64,000 nt of DNA, from NCBI GenBank assembly GCA_034003765.1, contig JAVEXZ010000005.1, forward strand, positions 32,981 to 96,980, written 5' to 3'. The notes beneath the pieces are model-generated. The model did not search any database. It was not told the DNA's origin and worked only from the letters and a program-made list of their open reading frames with translations. This document shows positions 31,756 through 41,402 of this stretch, piece after piece. Made by a program: the position numbers and the translations under genes. The DNA is from Anaerovoracaceae bacterium (GTDB lineage: Bacteria; Bacillota; Clostridia; Peptostreptococcales; Anaerovoracaceae). Numbering within the stretch: the first letter of the stretch is position 1; each line of letters begins with the position of its first letter.

Positions 31756-33771
31756 ATGATTGAGAATAGAGATATTGAAAAAGCCATGACTATTTCTCTA
31801 GACAAAGTGCTGCCCAAAATGCCCAGCTTTGAAGAAGGAGTTAGGAGAGCACCTGATAGGGGATATAGGCTTAATAAAGAGCAAACGAAATTAGCTCTAA
31901 GAAATGCCTTAAGATACATACCTCAAGAGCATCATGAAACCCTTGCTCCAGAATTCATGGAAGAGCTTACTAAAAGAGGAAGAATCTACGGCTATCGATT
32001 CAGGCCACAAGGCCGAATCTATGGACGACCAATTGATGAATACAAGGGAAACTGCATTGAAGGAAAAGCATTCCAAGTTATGATAGACAATAATCTAGAC
32101 TTCGAAATTGCTCTTTACCCCTATGAACTTGTTACCTACGGTGAAACTGGGAAACCATGCCAGAACTGGATGCAGTATATTTTGATTAAAAGATATCTGG
32201 AAGAATTAAGGGAGGACCAAACTCTAGTAATAGAGTCAGGCCATCCCCTAGGATTGTTCCCATCAAAGCCAGAGGCTCCTAGGGTAATAATTACAAATGC
32301 CATGATGGTGGGAATGTTTGACAATATAGAAGACTGGGAAATCGCAGAAGAGATGGGAGTTGCCAACTATGGGCAAATGACTGCGGGAGGGTGGATGTAT
32401 ATTGGTCCTCAAGGAATTGTTCATGGAACCTTTAACACAATATTAAATGCTGGAAGAAAATATCTAGGGGTAAAGGACCAAGGAGATTTAGCAGGCCATA
32501 CCTTTGTTTCTTCTGGCCTAGGAGGAATGAGTGGTGCCCAACCAAAAGCCGCAACCATTGCCGGAGCTGTTGGAATATTTGCAGAGGTTGACCTATCCCG
32601 AATTGAAACAAGGCATCGTCAAGGCTGGGTTGATGTAGTCCTTTCTGACCACAAGGAACTTTTTGCCCTAGCCAAAGAAAAAATCGATAAAAAGGAAGGT
32701 ATTTCCATTGCCTACCATGGAAACATAGTTGACCTTTTAGAAGCAGCAGTAAGGGCTAACTTTCCCATTGATCTTTTGTCGGATCAAACATCTTGCCATA
32801 ATGCATATGGAGGAGGTTACTGTCCTGCTGACTTAACATTTGAAGAAAGAACCCGTCTTCTCCATGATGACCGAAATGCATTTTCTAAGAAGGTGGATGA
32901 GTCTTTAAGAAGGCATTTTGATGCAATAAAAGCTCTCACAGAAAAAGGTACCTACTTTTTTGACTACGGTAATTCATTTATGAAATCCATGTACGATTCT
33001 GGAATAAGCGAGATTTCTAAGAATGGAAAAGATGAAAAAGACGGTTTTATCTGGCCTTCCTACGTGGAAGATATTATGGGCCCCATGCTTTTTGACTATG
33101 GTTACGGCCCCTTTAGATGGGTTTGCTTGTCAGGAAAACCTGAAGACCTAGATGCAACGGATTTGGCAGCCATGGAACAAATTGACCCCGAAAGAAGATT
33201 CCAAGATAGAGACAATTGGGTTTGGATAAGAGATGCGAAAAAGAACAAAATGGTGGTTGGGACCCAAGCCAGAATTCTTTATCAAGATGCAAAGGGAAGA
33301 GTTAAGATAGCCCTTAAGTTTAACGAAATGGTTAGACAGGGGAAAATTGGCCCGGTTATGCTTGGAAGAGATCACCACGATGTTTCAGGCGCAGATTCTC
33401 CCTTCCGCGAAACAGCAAACATAAAGGATGGGTCCAATGTTATGGCAGATATGGCCATTCAATGTTTTGCAGGAAATGCAGCCCGAGGTATGAGCTTGTG
33501 TGCACTTCATAATGGTGGAGGAGTTGGAATAGGCAAAGCAATAAACGGTGGTTTTGGCCTAGTTCTTGACGGAAGCAAAAGGATTGATGAAATAATAAAG
33601 TCCGCTATGTTATGGGATGTAATGGGTGGAGTTGCAAGAAGAAGTTGGGCAAGAAACCCTGGAGCCATAGAAGTTTCTTTGGAATATAATAAGTCTCCTG
33701 AGGAAAAAGGCCACATTACCATACCATTTTTAGTAGATGATGATATAATAAACAAAAATGTAGGAGAGTAA
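31756..33771 (+). CDS. hutU: urocanate hydratase (long form)
   Basis: 671 aa with a urocanase-family sequence (YGQMTAGGWMYIGPQGIVHGT, GLGGMSGAQPKA). It lies between hutH and hutI. Confidence 0.9.
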   Translation: MIENRDIEKAMTISLDKVLPKMPSFEEGVRRAPDRGYRLNKEQTKLALRNALRYIPQEHHETLAPEFMEELTKRGRIYGYRFRPQGRIYGRPIDEYKGNCIEGKAFQVMIDNNLDFEIALYPYELVTYGETGKPCQNWMQYILIKRYLEELREDQTLVIESGHPLGLFPSKPEAPRVIITNAMMVGMFDNIEDWEIAEEMGVANYGQMTAGGWMYIGPQGIVHGTFNTILNAGRKYLGVKDQGDLAGHTFVSSGLGGMSGAQPKAATIAGAVGIFAEVDLSRIETRHRQGWVDVVLSDHKELFALAKEKIDKKEGISIAYHGNIVDLLEAAVRANFPIDLLSDQTSCHNAYGGGYCPADLTFEERTRLLHDDRNAFSKKVDESLRRHFDAIKALTEKGTYFFDYGNSFMKSMYDSGISEISKNGKDEKDGFIWPSYVEDIMGPMLFDYGYGPFRWVCLSGKPEDLDATDLAAMEQIDPERRFQDRDNWVWIRDAKKNKMVVGTQARILYQDAKGRVKIALKFNEMVRQGKIGPVMLGRDHHDVSGADSPFRETANIKDGSNVMADMAIQCFAGNAARGMSLCALHNGGGVGIGKAINGGFGLVLDGSKRIDEIIKSAMLWDVMGGVARRSWARNPGAIEVSLEYNKSPEEKGHITIPFLVDDDIINKNVGE

Positions 33772-33772
33772 A

Positions 33773-33836
33773 GTTGTAAATCGATGATGTCGGTTTACAG
33801 GAAATTAGTAAATCGATGATGTCGATATGCAGGAAA
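33773..33836. repeat. 2 x 32-bp tandem repeat between hutU and hutI
   Basis: The core GTAAATCGATGATGTCG occurs at 33776 and 33808, and the flanks are also similar. Confidence 0.85.
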
Positions 33837-33848
33837 AGAGGATTGTGT

Positions 33849-35084
33849 ATGAGTGAGTTATTAGTAAAAAATATTGGAATGCTACAAACCCCCCAGGGAA
33901 ATTTTCCTCACAAGGGTAAGCTACAAGGAGAGAACCTAAAGATTAAAAATGCGGCCATAGTGGCTGTTGACGGTATTATTCAATATATTTATAGTGACGG
34001 AGAACTTCCCCCAGATGCAGAAGATTTTGATATGATTATTGATGCGGAGGGGGGCCTAGTAACCCCTGGCCTTGTAGATGGCCACACCCACCTGGTATTT
34101 GGAGGATATAGGCAACAAGAGATTCCGTTAAAGTTAGCAGGGGCCACATATCTTGAAATATTAAAAGCAGGTGGTGGAATATTAGATACAGTTGCTAAAA
34201 CAAGAGATGCAGATTATGAGGAATTAGTAGAAAAAAGTCAAGACTTTCTAGATGAGATGATTGGACTTGGGGTTACATCCTGTGAAGCAAAATCCGGTTA
34301 CGGCCTAGATATAGACACAGAAGTAAGAACCTTAGAGGTTCTTGATGAACTAAGCAAAACTCATCCCATGGACATTGTCCCAACCTATATGGGAGCTCAT
34401 GCCCTTCCCCCAGAATACAAGGGCAAGGCAGTTCAATATATTGATGAAGTCTGTAAACCTGCAATGGACTACATATGGAAAGAGAAGTTAGCCAAATATG
34501 TTGACGTGTTCTGTGAAGACACAGTTTTTAATGTAGAACAATCAATAAACTATCTAAGTTATGCACAGATGTTGGGATTTGGATTAAAAATTCATGCAGA
34601 TGAAATAGAAGAAATTGGCGGTTCTGAGCTGGCAGGAAAAATGAGGGCAACTTCGGCTGAACACCTAATCGCTATTGGTGAAAAAGGTTTGGAAGCTCTG
34701 GCAAAGGGAGGAACTGTAGCAATGCTTCTTCCCGCTACATCTTTTTATCTCAACAAAAGTTATGCTCCTGCCAAGAGAATGATGGAAATGGAAATCCCTG
34801 TGGCTTTGGCTACTGACTTTAACCCAGGCTCAAGCCCTTCCCTAAATTTACAGTTTGTAATCAACTTGGCTTATTTGAAGCTGGGAATGACTCCTGAAGA
34901 AATACTAACTGCAGCAACAATTAATTCGGCTTGTGCCATAGGCCTAGAGGATAAAGTGGGCACCATTGAAGTCGGGAAACAAGCGGACTTGGTAATCTGG
35001 AATGCCCCAGATATGGAAATGCTTTGCTACCGATATGGGTCCAACCTAGTAAATGGTGTTGTAAAAAAAGGACGACTTGTATAG
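33849..35084 (+). CDS. hutI: imidazolonepropionase
   Basis: It has the amidohydrolase motifs PGLVDGHTHLVFGG and KIHADE. The start was moved to ATG 33849 (MSELLVKN), which has a GAGG RBS; the track start lies inside the repeat. Confidence 0.9.
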   Translation: MSELLVKNIGMLQTPQGNFPHKGKLQGENLKIKNAAIVAVDGIIQYIYSDGELPPDAEDFDMIIDAEGGLVTPGLVDGHTHLVFGGYRQQEIPLKLAGATYLEILKAGGGILDTVAKTRDADYEELVEKSQDFLDEMIGLGVTSCEAKSGYGLDIDTEVRTLEVLDELSKTHPMDIVPTYMGAHALPPEYKGKAVQYIDEVCKPAMDYIWKEKLAKYVDVFCEDTVFNVEQSINYLSYAQMLGFGLKIHADEIEEIGGSELAGKMRATSAEHLIAIGEKGLEALAKGGTVAMLLPATSFYLNKSYAPAKRMMEMEIPVALATDFNPGSSPSLNLQFVINLAYLKLGMTPEEILTAATINSACAIGLEDKVGTIEVGKQADLVIWNAPDMEMLCYRYGSNLVNGVVKKGRLV

Positions 35085-35147
35085 CTTGAGAGTTAAGGAG
35101 ATTGTAAAAGCCAGTTTTTATTTACTGTACAAGAACACCCCTTCCTC

Positions 35148-35366
35148 TTAGTTAGGGGATGAATATGAAAAAGTTTTATGAAGGGTTTTTAGGGAAAAAC
35201 TTTAATGCTTAAAACTAGCCCAATAAAATTGTTTGTATTTACCATGGATCTTTTTAGTTAGGGGATGAATATGAAAAAGTTTTATGAAGGGTTTTTAGGG
35301 AAAAACTTTAATGCTTAAAACTAGCCCAATAAAATTGTTTGTATTTACCATGGATCTTTTTAGTTA
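35148..35366. repeat. 106-bp tandem duplication (2 full copies plus a 7-bp third start)
   Basis: TTAGTTA... starts at 35148, 35254 and 35360. By eye the two full copies look identical. Confidence 0.9.
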
Positions 35367-35404
35367 GATCAGATAGATAAGATAGAAAGGAATTTAAGAA
35401 TATA

Positions 35405-36025
35405 ATGATGAATCAAAGCCTTCGTGGATATTTAGATCTGTTAAAAAGTGATGCTCCCGCACCTGGAGGTGGATCTGCAAGCGCACTTTCTGGAGCTCAG
35501 GGTATGGCCTTAATAATGATGGTTGCAAATCTCACCAAAGGCCGTGAAGCATATAAAGACCACTGGAGCCTATGTGAAAAGGCAATTGAAGATGGAAAGC
35601 GGATAATGGACCAATTAATAGCTTGTATAGAAAAAGATACAGCAGCCTATACCCAGGTTATGAATGCCTATCAACTTCCAAAAGACACCGAAGATCAAAA
35701 AGAAGTTCGCAAGATGGCTATAAGGGAAGCAACTCTAGGGGCAACCCAAGTTCCTTTTGATGCAATGGTATTGACCCTAGATGGACTAAAAGTTGCCGAC
35801 TCTCTTGTGGGAAAATCAAATCCAAATTGTTCTTCTGACCTTGGGGTAGCAGCCCTAAACCTCCTGGCTTGTGGACAAGGTGTTTGGCTTAATATACTTA
35901 CCAACCTTTCGGGAATCAAAAATCCCGAAAAAGAAAAAGAATTTGAGACGCAAGGCAGAAAACTTTTTCAAGAGATCAAAGAACTGGCGGAGGATATTTA
36001 TAAAAGAGTAGAAGCAGGCCTTTAA
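35405..36025 (+). CDS. formimidoyltetrahydrofolate cyclodeaminase / cyclohydrolase-family protein (FTCD_C)
   Basis: APAPGGGSASALSGAQGMALIMMVANLT is typical of the FTCD C-terminal domain family. It sits in the hut context. Confidence 0.8.
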   Translation: MMNQSLRGYLDLLKSDAPAPGGGSASALSGAQGMALIMMVANLTKGREAYKDHWSLCEKAIEDGKRIMDQLIACIEKDTAAYTQVMNAYQLPKDTEDQKEVRKMAIREATLGATQVPFDAMVLTLDGLKVADSLVGKSNPNCSSDLGVAALNLLACGQGVWLNILTNLSGIKNPEKEKEFETQGRKLFQEIKELAEDIYKRVEAGL

Positions 36026-36163
36026 GTATTAAAAAGCGACAAACAATAAAACAAGTCGGGAAACCCACAGACTAAAAAGTGCATTAAGAGCTAGATAATT
36101 TAGAATTAAAGAGAGACTCCTAGTTCCTATTAAATAACCATTAGTCATGGCTTAGAGATGGCT

Positions 36164-36390
36164 AAAAAACAGAGAAAGTAAAACAAAGAAAAATAAAAGT
36201 AAAACAAAGAAAAACAAAAGTAAAGCAAAGAAAAACAAAAGCAAAACGAAAGAAAACAAAAGTAAAACGAAAGAAAATGAAAGTAAAACGAAAGAAAATG
36301 AAAGTAAAACAAAAGCAAAACGAAAGAAAATGAAAGTAAAACAAAAGCAAAACGAAAGAAAACAAAAGTAAAACAAAAGGAGCAAAAAAA
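36164..36390. repeat. A-rich phased repeat tract (10-11 bp sub-units, 21-bp units) forming the ftcD leader
   Basis: Units such as GAAAGTAAAACGAAAGAAAAT are repeated about 10 times. The top strand is almost entirely A/G with sparse C/T. The tract ends in the RBS AAGGAG. Confidence 0.9.
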
Positions 36391-37287
36391 ATGGCAAAAA
36401 TTGTGGAGAGCATTCCAAATATAAGCGAAGGAAGAGATAAAGGAATTATAGAGGCCTGTGTTGATCAAATTAGAAACACTCCAGGATGCACCCTCTTAGA
36501 TTATAGCAGCGATGCTTCCCATAACAGATCCGTTATAACCTATATGGGCAGCCCGGAAGGTGTTGAAGAAGCTAGCGTCAAGCTTGTAAAAAAAGCGGCT
36601 GAACTAATTGATTTAACAAAACACCAAGGTGAGCACCCAAGAATGGGAGCAGTTGACGTTATGCCCTTCGTTCCCATCAAAGAAGTAAGTGTGGAAGAGT
36701 GTGTGGAACTATCTAAAAGAGTAGGAAAGAGAATTCTTGAAGAAGCGGATATTCCCGTCTTTTTCTATGAACAATCCACTGATAAAGACCATCGGAAAAA
36801 CCTAGCGAAAATCCGAAAAGGGCAATTTGAAGGAATGGCAGAAAAAGTAATGGACCCTGATTGGGAACCTGATCTTGGAGGCAAGAGGATTCATCCCACA
36901 GCAGGAGTAATTGCAGTTGGTGCTAGACCACCATTAATAGCATATAATATCAACTTAAGTACCAACGACCTAGAAGTAGCTTCTAATATTGCCAAAGAAA
37001 TAAGAGAATCATCAGGTGGACTGCCTTGTGTTAAGAGCATTGGTATTATGATAGAAGAACGTGATATGGCTCAAGTTTCTATTAATATGACGGATTATAC
37101 AGTAACTCCTCTTTACCTTGTGACTGAATTAGTGAAAGAAAAAGCGGCCAAGGTTGGAGTTGAGGTAATCGGTACCGAAGTAATTGGTCTTTGTCCCATG
37201 AGAGCCTTGCTAGATGTAGCCCAATACTACTTAAAGATTGAAGACTTTGATCCAGAAGTCCAAGTAATTGAAAACCACTTGCTGTAA
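36391..37287 (+). CDS. ftcD: glutamate formimidoyltransferase
   Basis: It has the N-terminal ESIPNISEGRD motif, is 298 aa long, and sits in the hut context. Confidence 0.88.
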   Translation: MAKIVESIPNISEGRDKGIIEACVDQIRNTPGCTLLDYSSDASHNRSVITYMGSPEGVEEASVKLVKKAAELIDLTKHQGEHPRMGAVDVMPFVPIKEVSVEECVELSKRVGKRILEEADIPVFFYEQSTDKDHRKNLAKIRKGQFEGMAEKVMDPDWEPDLGGKRIHPTAGVIAVGARPPLIAYNINLSTNDLEVASNIAKEIRESSGGLPCVKSIGIMIEERDMAQVSINMTDYTVTPLYLVTELVKEKAAKVGVEVIGTEVIGLCPMRALLDVAQYYLKIEDFDPEVQVIENHLL

Positions 37288-37366
37288 TTATTTCAAGGCA
37301 TTTAATTAATTGGGGATTATTATCTCTAGAATTTAAATAATTTACAATTATATTAAAGGAACAAGA

Positions 37367-37400
37367 AGAACCGCTCAAGTAATGGGCGGTTCTATTCATC
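37367..37400 (+). terminator. possible terminator after ftcD
   Basis: The stem is AGAACCGC/GCGGTTCT with an 11-nt loop. The U-tract is poor. Confidence 0.35.
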
Positions 37401-37601
37401 TAACAAGTTTGCGGTTTAGAGTAATAAAATCGTATACAATTATACAATTTCTCAAATAAAAACAGTTTATTTCTTGAAATTTCAAGGAATATCGTTGTTG
37501 TTTATAGTATACAATGTTATACTAGCTAATATAAAGCAGTGCAAACTAATGTCAATATAATCTTTAAAAATTCTCAAACAAAGGAGAAGCTAGAAAACAA
37601 A

Positions 37602-38813
37602 ATGGATAAAGACACAACAAAAATTGTCTTACAAGGAAACGAGGCCTGCGCAAAGGGTGCTATACATGCGGGGTGTCGTTTTTTTGCGGGATACCCAATA
37701 ACTCCTTCTACGGAAGTTATTGAAAACTTGTCCAGAGAAATGCAGGAAGTGGGGGGGGCTTTCATACAGATGGAAGATGAAATTGCCTCGGCATGTGCAA
37801 TAATCGGGGCTCGTTGGGGTGGCAAAAAGGCCATGACCGCAACCTCAGGCCCAGGCTATACCTTGATGCAGGAGGCAATAGGCTATGCTGCAGTCACAGA
37901 AACCCCGGTGGTTATTGTAAACATTCAACGAGGGGGGCCATCAACTGGTCAGCCAACCATGTCCTCACAACACGATATTTATCAAGCAAGATATGGGAGC
38001 CATGGTGATTACCAAATCATAGTATTAGCCCCATCATCTGTTCAGGAAATGTACGATTATACAAAAAAGGCCTTTCAATTATCCGAAAGATTTAGAACTC
38101 CAGTAATACTTCTTGGAGATGAAGTTGTGGGCCACATGAGAGAAAAAATTACTGTTTTGGATACCCCTCCCCAGGAAAACCCCCTTCCTCCCTTATCAGC
38201 AGGCTCACCTAAACATGATTTTTTTCAAGGAGAATGTACACTAGTGGAAGGACAGCTACACGATGAGGAAGGGAGAAGAATAGGACATATAGCACAAAAA
38301 AGCGGGGACTTCCTAGAAAAACTGGATAAAAAAATGACCAGTAGAATGGAAGAGCTTACAGATATTACAAAGTATCATATGGATGATGCAGAAGTGGCCA
38401 TTGTTGCCTACGGTTCTGTCGCAAGACCTTCCCTAAATGCTGTAAAGCTTGCAAGAGGAATTAAGGACGATAGAATATCAACCAAATTCAAAATGGTAAA
38501 GGACGTAGTAATGAAGGGTGTGCCAAAAGCCATGCAAATAGATTATCGCCATCTAAAGGTTGGTTTGATTAAAATCAACACAGTATGGCCCTTCCCAGAA
38601 GAAGCTTTGAAAAGGCTTACAAAAAACGTAGACTTGGTTATTGTTCCCGAGATGAATGTGGGAAAATACTATAAAGAAGTAGAGCGAGTTTTGAAACATG
38701 CAAAAGTCTTGTCCATGCCAAAAAGCGGAGGAGACCTACATACACCCAAGGAGATTCTTGATCGAATTGTAAAAGAAGTGGGAGTAAAACCGGAGGTAGA
38801 TGAAGATGAATAG
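37602..38813 (+). CDS. korA: 2-oxoacid:ferredoxin oxidoreductase subunit alpha
   Basis: It has LQGNEACAKGAIHAGCRFFAGYPITPS and a PFOR alpha-domain sequence. The start at ATG 37602 is preferred over the track start 37539. Confidence 0.85.
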   Translation: MDKDTTKIVLQGNEACAKGAIHAGCRFFAGYPITPSTEVIENLSREMQEVGGAFIQMEDEIASACAIIGARWGGKKAMTATSGPGYTLMQEAIGYAAVTETPVVIVNIQRGGPSTGQPTMSSQHDIYQARYGSHGDYQIIVLAPSSVQEMYDYTKKAFQLSERFRTPVILLGDEVVGHMREKITVLDTPPQENPLPPLSAGSPKHDFFQGECTLVEGQLHDEEGRRIGHIAQKSGDFLEKLDKKMTSRMEELTDITKYHMDDAEVAIVAYGSVARPSLNAVKLARGIKDDRISTKFKMVKDVVMKGVPKAMQIDYRHLKVGLIKINTVWPFPEEALKRLTKNVDLVIVPEMNVGKYYKEVERVLKHAKVLSMPKSGGDLHTPKEILDRIVKEVGVKPEVDEDE

Positions 38814-39588
38814 TCTATATGAAAAATACATTAAAACAGAATCACTACCCACACTTTTTTGTCCAGGATGCGGAAACGGCATCATTCAAATGGCAACTAT
38901 CAGAGCTATTGAAGCAATGGGAATAGCCAAGGACATCGCTTGTGTTTCTGGAATTGGATGTTCATCTTGGATACCTTGTTACTTTAAGTTGGATGTTATG
39001 CACACCATGCATGGAAGAGCAATTCCCTTTGCCACAGGATTAAAGATGGCCCAACCTGACAAAAAAATTGTGGTATTTACAGGAGACGGCGACTGCCTTG
39101 CAATTGGAGGCAACCATTTTCTCCATGCCTGTTCTAGAAATATTGACCTAACAATAGTAATGGTTAACAATTATATATATGGAATGACAGGGGGGCAAAA
39201 ATCTCCTGCAACACCCCTAAATGCCGTAACAAAAACATCTCCCTTTGGCTGTATAGATGATCCTATCGATGGTTGCCTTTTGGCCCAAACTATGGGTGCA
39301 AGTTACGTTGCCAGATGGACAACGGCCCACCCAGTACAACTTGAAAAAGCTATCCGAGAAGGCATAGAAAATAAAGGCCTTAGCTATATAGAAGTCTTAA
39401 GTCAGTGCCCAGTTCAGGCAGGTAAAAGTGTCTATGGAGAAAAAGACCCTGCAGCTATAATGAAGATGTACAAAAAAGCCGAAAAAGAAGGAACTGTAAA
39501 TATTGGACTTTTCAAGCATGACGACCAAAGAAAAGATTATCTGACAAGGGTCAATGAATGCTTGGTGGAAAAGGGAATGGAGGTATAG
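38800..39588 (+). CDS. korB: 2-oxoacid:ferredoxin oxidoreductase subunit beta (TPP-binding)
   Basis: It has CPGCGNG and the TPP motif GDGDCLAIGGNH. Confidence 0.88.
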   Translation: MKMNSLYEKYIKTESLPTLFCPGCGNGIIQMATIRAIEAMGIAKDIACVSGIGCSSWIPCYFKLDVMHTMHGRAIPFATGLKMAQPDKKIVVFTGDGDCLAIGGNHFLHACSRNIDLTIVMVNNYIYGMTGGQKSPATPLNAVTKTSPFGCIDDPIDGCLLAQTMGASYVARWTTAHPVQLEKAIREGIENKGLSYIEVLSQCPVQAGKSVYGEKDPAAIMKMYKKAEKEGTVNIGLFKHDDQRKDYLTRVNECLVEKGMEV

Positions 39589-39589
39589 A

Positions 39590-39817
39590 ATGGCCTTTAT
39601 AAGTGTGGATAGAAAGTGCTGTAAAGGCTGTGATATATGTTACTCTATTTGTCCAAAGAAAATTTTTGTTGCATCAAAAACCAGAAATCAATATGGAACA
39701 AATATGCCGGAAATTACCAATCCTGAAGATTGTATTTACTGTGGACTTTGCGAAAGAATGTGCCCAGATGGGGCCATTAATGTGATGAAAGAAGAGGGGA
39801 AACGTGATGAGGATTAA
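39590..39817 (+). CDS. korD: 4Fe-4S ferredoxin-type delta subunit
   Basis: It has two CxxCxxCxxxCP motifs (CKGCDICYSICP, CIYCGLCERMCP). The start is ATG 39590, with GGAGG 6 nt upstream. Confidence 0.8.
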   Translation: MAFISVDRKCCKGCDICYSICPKKIFVASKTRNQYGTNMPEITNPEDCIYCGLCERMCPDGAINVMKEEGKRDED

Positions 39818-40364
39818 TGTGCGTTTTGCAGGAGCAGGAGGACAGGGAGTAATTCTTAGCTCGGTACTACTTGCAAAGGCCTATGGTCTTGGTGAAAATT
39901 ACAACATTTCTCAAACACAAAGCTATGGTCCTGAGGCAAGAGGCGGTGCATGCAAGGCAGAGGTGGTTATTTCTGATGAAAATATTGACTATATGAAAGT
40001 AGACCAAGCCGATGTTTTTATTGCCTTCAACCAGGTAGGCTATGAAAAGTACAAAGAAACTGTAAAGAAAAATGCAATGGTACTAGTTAATAGTACTCTG
40101 GTGGAGGGAGATTGGGACAAAGTTGGAGGAAAGGTTTATGGAATTCCCGCAACTGAAATGGCTGAAGAAATGGAAAAACCCTTTGTTGTAAATATGGTAA
40201 TGCTAGGGGCTCTTACAAAACTTTTACCCAAGCTTCATTATCCTAAAGTTGAAGCAGAAATAATGGGTGGTTTTTCTGCTTCAATAGCTGGGCCCAATTT
40301 AGAAGCCTACGAAAAAGGCTACAGGTATATGGAGCAAGAGTTGGTAAATAGAACCGAGAGTTAG
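39804..40364 (+). CDS. korC: 2-oxoacid:ferredoxin oxidoreductase subunit gamma
   Basis: FAGAGGQGVILSS and SYGPEARGG are typical of the gamma subunit. Confidence 0.85.
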   Translation: MMRINVRFAGAGGQGVILSSVLLAKAYGLGENYNISQTQSYGPEARGGACKAEVVISDENIDYMKVDQADVFIAFNQVGYEKYKETVKKNAMVLVNSTLVEGDWDKVGGKVYGIPATEMAEEMEKPFVVNMVMLGALTKLLPKLHYPKVEAEIMGGFSASIAGPNLEAYEKGYRYMEQELVNRTES

Positions 40365-40653
40365 TAAATCTCAAAATAAAGACTCCCAAAGCAGAAAACA
40401 GATATAAAAGAGAAGAAAACACCTCCAGAAAAACAGAAAAATTGTCCAAAAAAGAAGCAAAAAACAAGTCACGCCAATAGGAACAAATCCTACAAAAATT
40501 TAATGCCGAAAATGGAAAAACCTAAATAACAATACATCAAATACCACTAGGTTTTCAAAAGAACCGTCAAAGGGACTATTAATTTGGCGGTTCTTCACAT
40601 AAACAACAAGAAAGCCTTGTATAGTAGTGTTATCGAACTTAGGAGGAATTAGG

Positions 40654-41112
40654 ATGAAAAACGTAAGCAAGTATAAATTGGGATTTGTGTTGATGGTAAT
40701 GCTTATCCTTTTAAGTGTTAGCAGTTGCGAAAAACCCGAAGAAGCCAATGCTGAAGTATATGATAACACCGCTGAAGCAAATTGGGTGCTATTGACAATT
40801 AACTACCCAGAAGAATCTGGAATACAAGATCTTGTTGACTATAAGGTATATAGCCTCAATAGCCAAATGACACCTATGAACATCTTGCAGTCCTATGGCG
40901 AGACCAACTGCATTCCTGTAGTCATTAGCGAAGGTAGCCCGGGATACGTTCAGGGTATTGGTGGAGTATTTGAAAACGATTATAACAATCCATCTGGCTG
41001 GGTCTATACTGTTAACGATGAGCAGATAATGGAAGCCGCTTCAGACTATAAACTCACAAGCGAAGATAAGGTTATATGGTCCTACATAACTTATTCAGAA
41101 GCAAGCTTTTAA
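40654..41112 (+). CDS. DUF4430-like lipoprotein
   Basis: It has the lipobox LLSVSSC, and GWVYTVNDEQ resembles DUF4430. The start is ATG 40654, after AGGAGG. Confidence 0.55.
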   Translation: MKNVSKYKLGFVLMVMLILLSVSSCEKPEEANAEVYDNTAEANWVLLTINYPEESGIQDLVDYKVYSLNSQMTPMNILQSYGETNCIPVVISEGSPGYVQGIGGVFENDYNNPSGWVYTVNDEQIMEAASDYKLTSEDKVIWSYITYSEASF

Positions 41113-41234
41113 TAGTTTCCCAATCGACATACAACCAACACAGACTTATCACATTAGGGGGATAATATGAAGGTGGTAAAGGCAAGCAAGACTTTATCAA
41201 TAACTTTCCTTCTTTTATAAGATACACACTTAGG

Positions 41235-41269
41235 AAAAACCTCGGGATTCGGGACCCAGAGGTTTTTTC
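41235..41269 (+). terminator. rho-independent terminator
   Basis: AAAACCTCGGG...CCCAGAGGTTTTTT is a GC-containing stem followed by a T-run. Confidence 0.7.
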
Positions 41270-41402
41270 TTGCTTTTGATGTTTTTCTTATTGATAAGAT
41301 GGTGCATTTCCAATGGTAAAATGATATAATTTTGCCGTAGAGTATTAGGACGAGATAAGGATATTAACAATATATAAGGATATTAATAATAGGAGGTCCC
41401 AA

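Noticed and set aside
36145-36468. Three overlapping minus-strand ORFs (83-107 aa, F/L/S/C-rich) in the track.
   Set aside because: They are translations of the complement of the A-rich repeat tract in all three frames. They are low-complexity, have no RBS, and overlap the start of ftcD.
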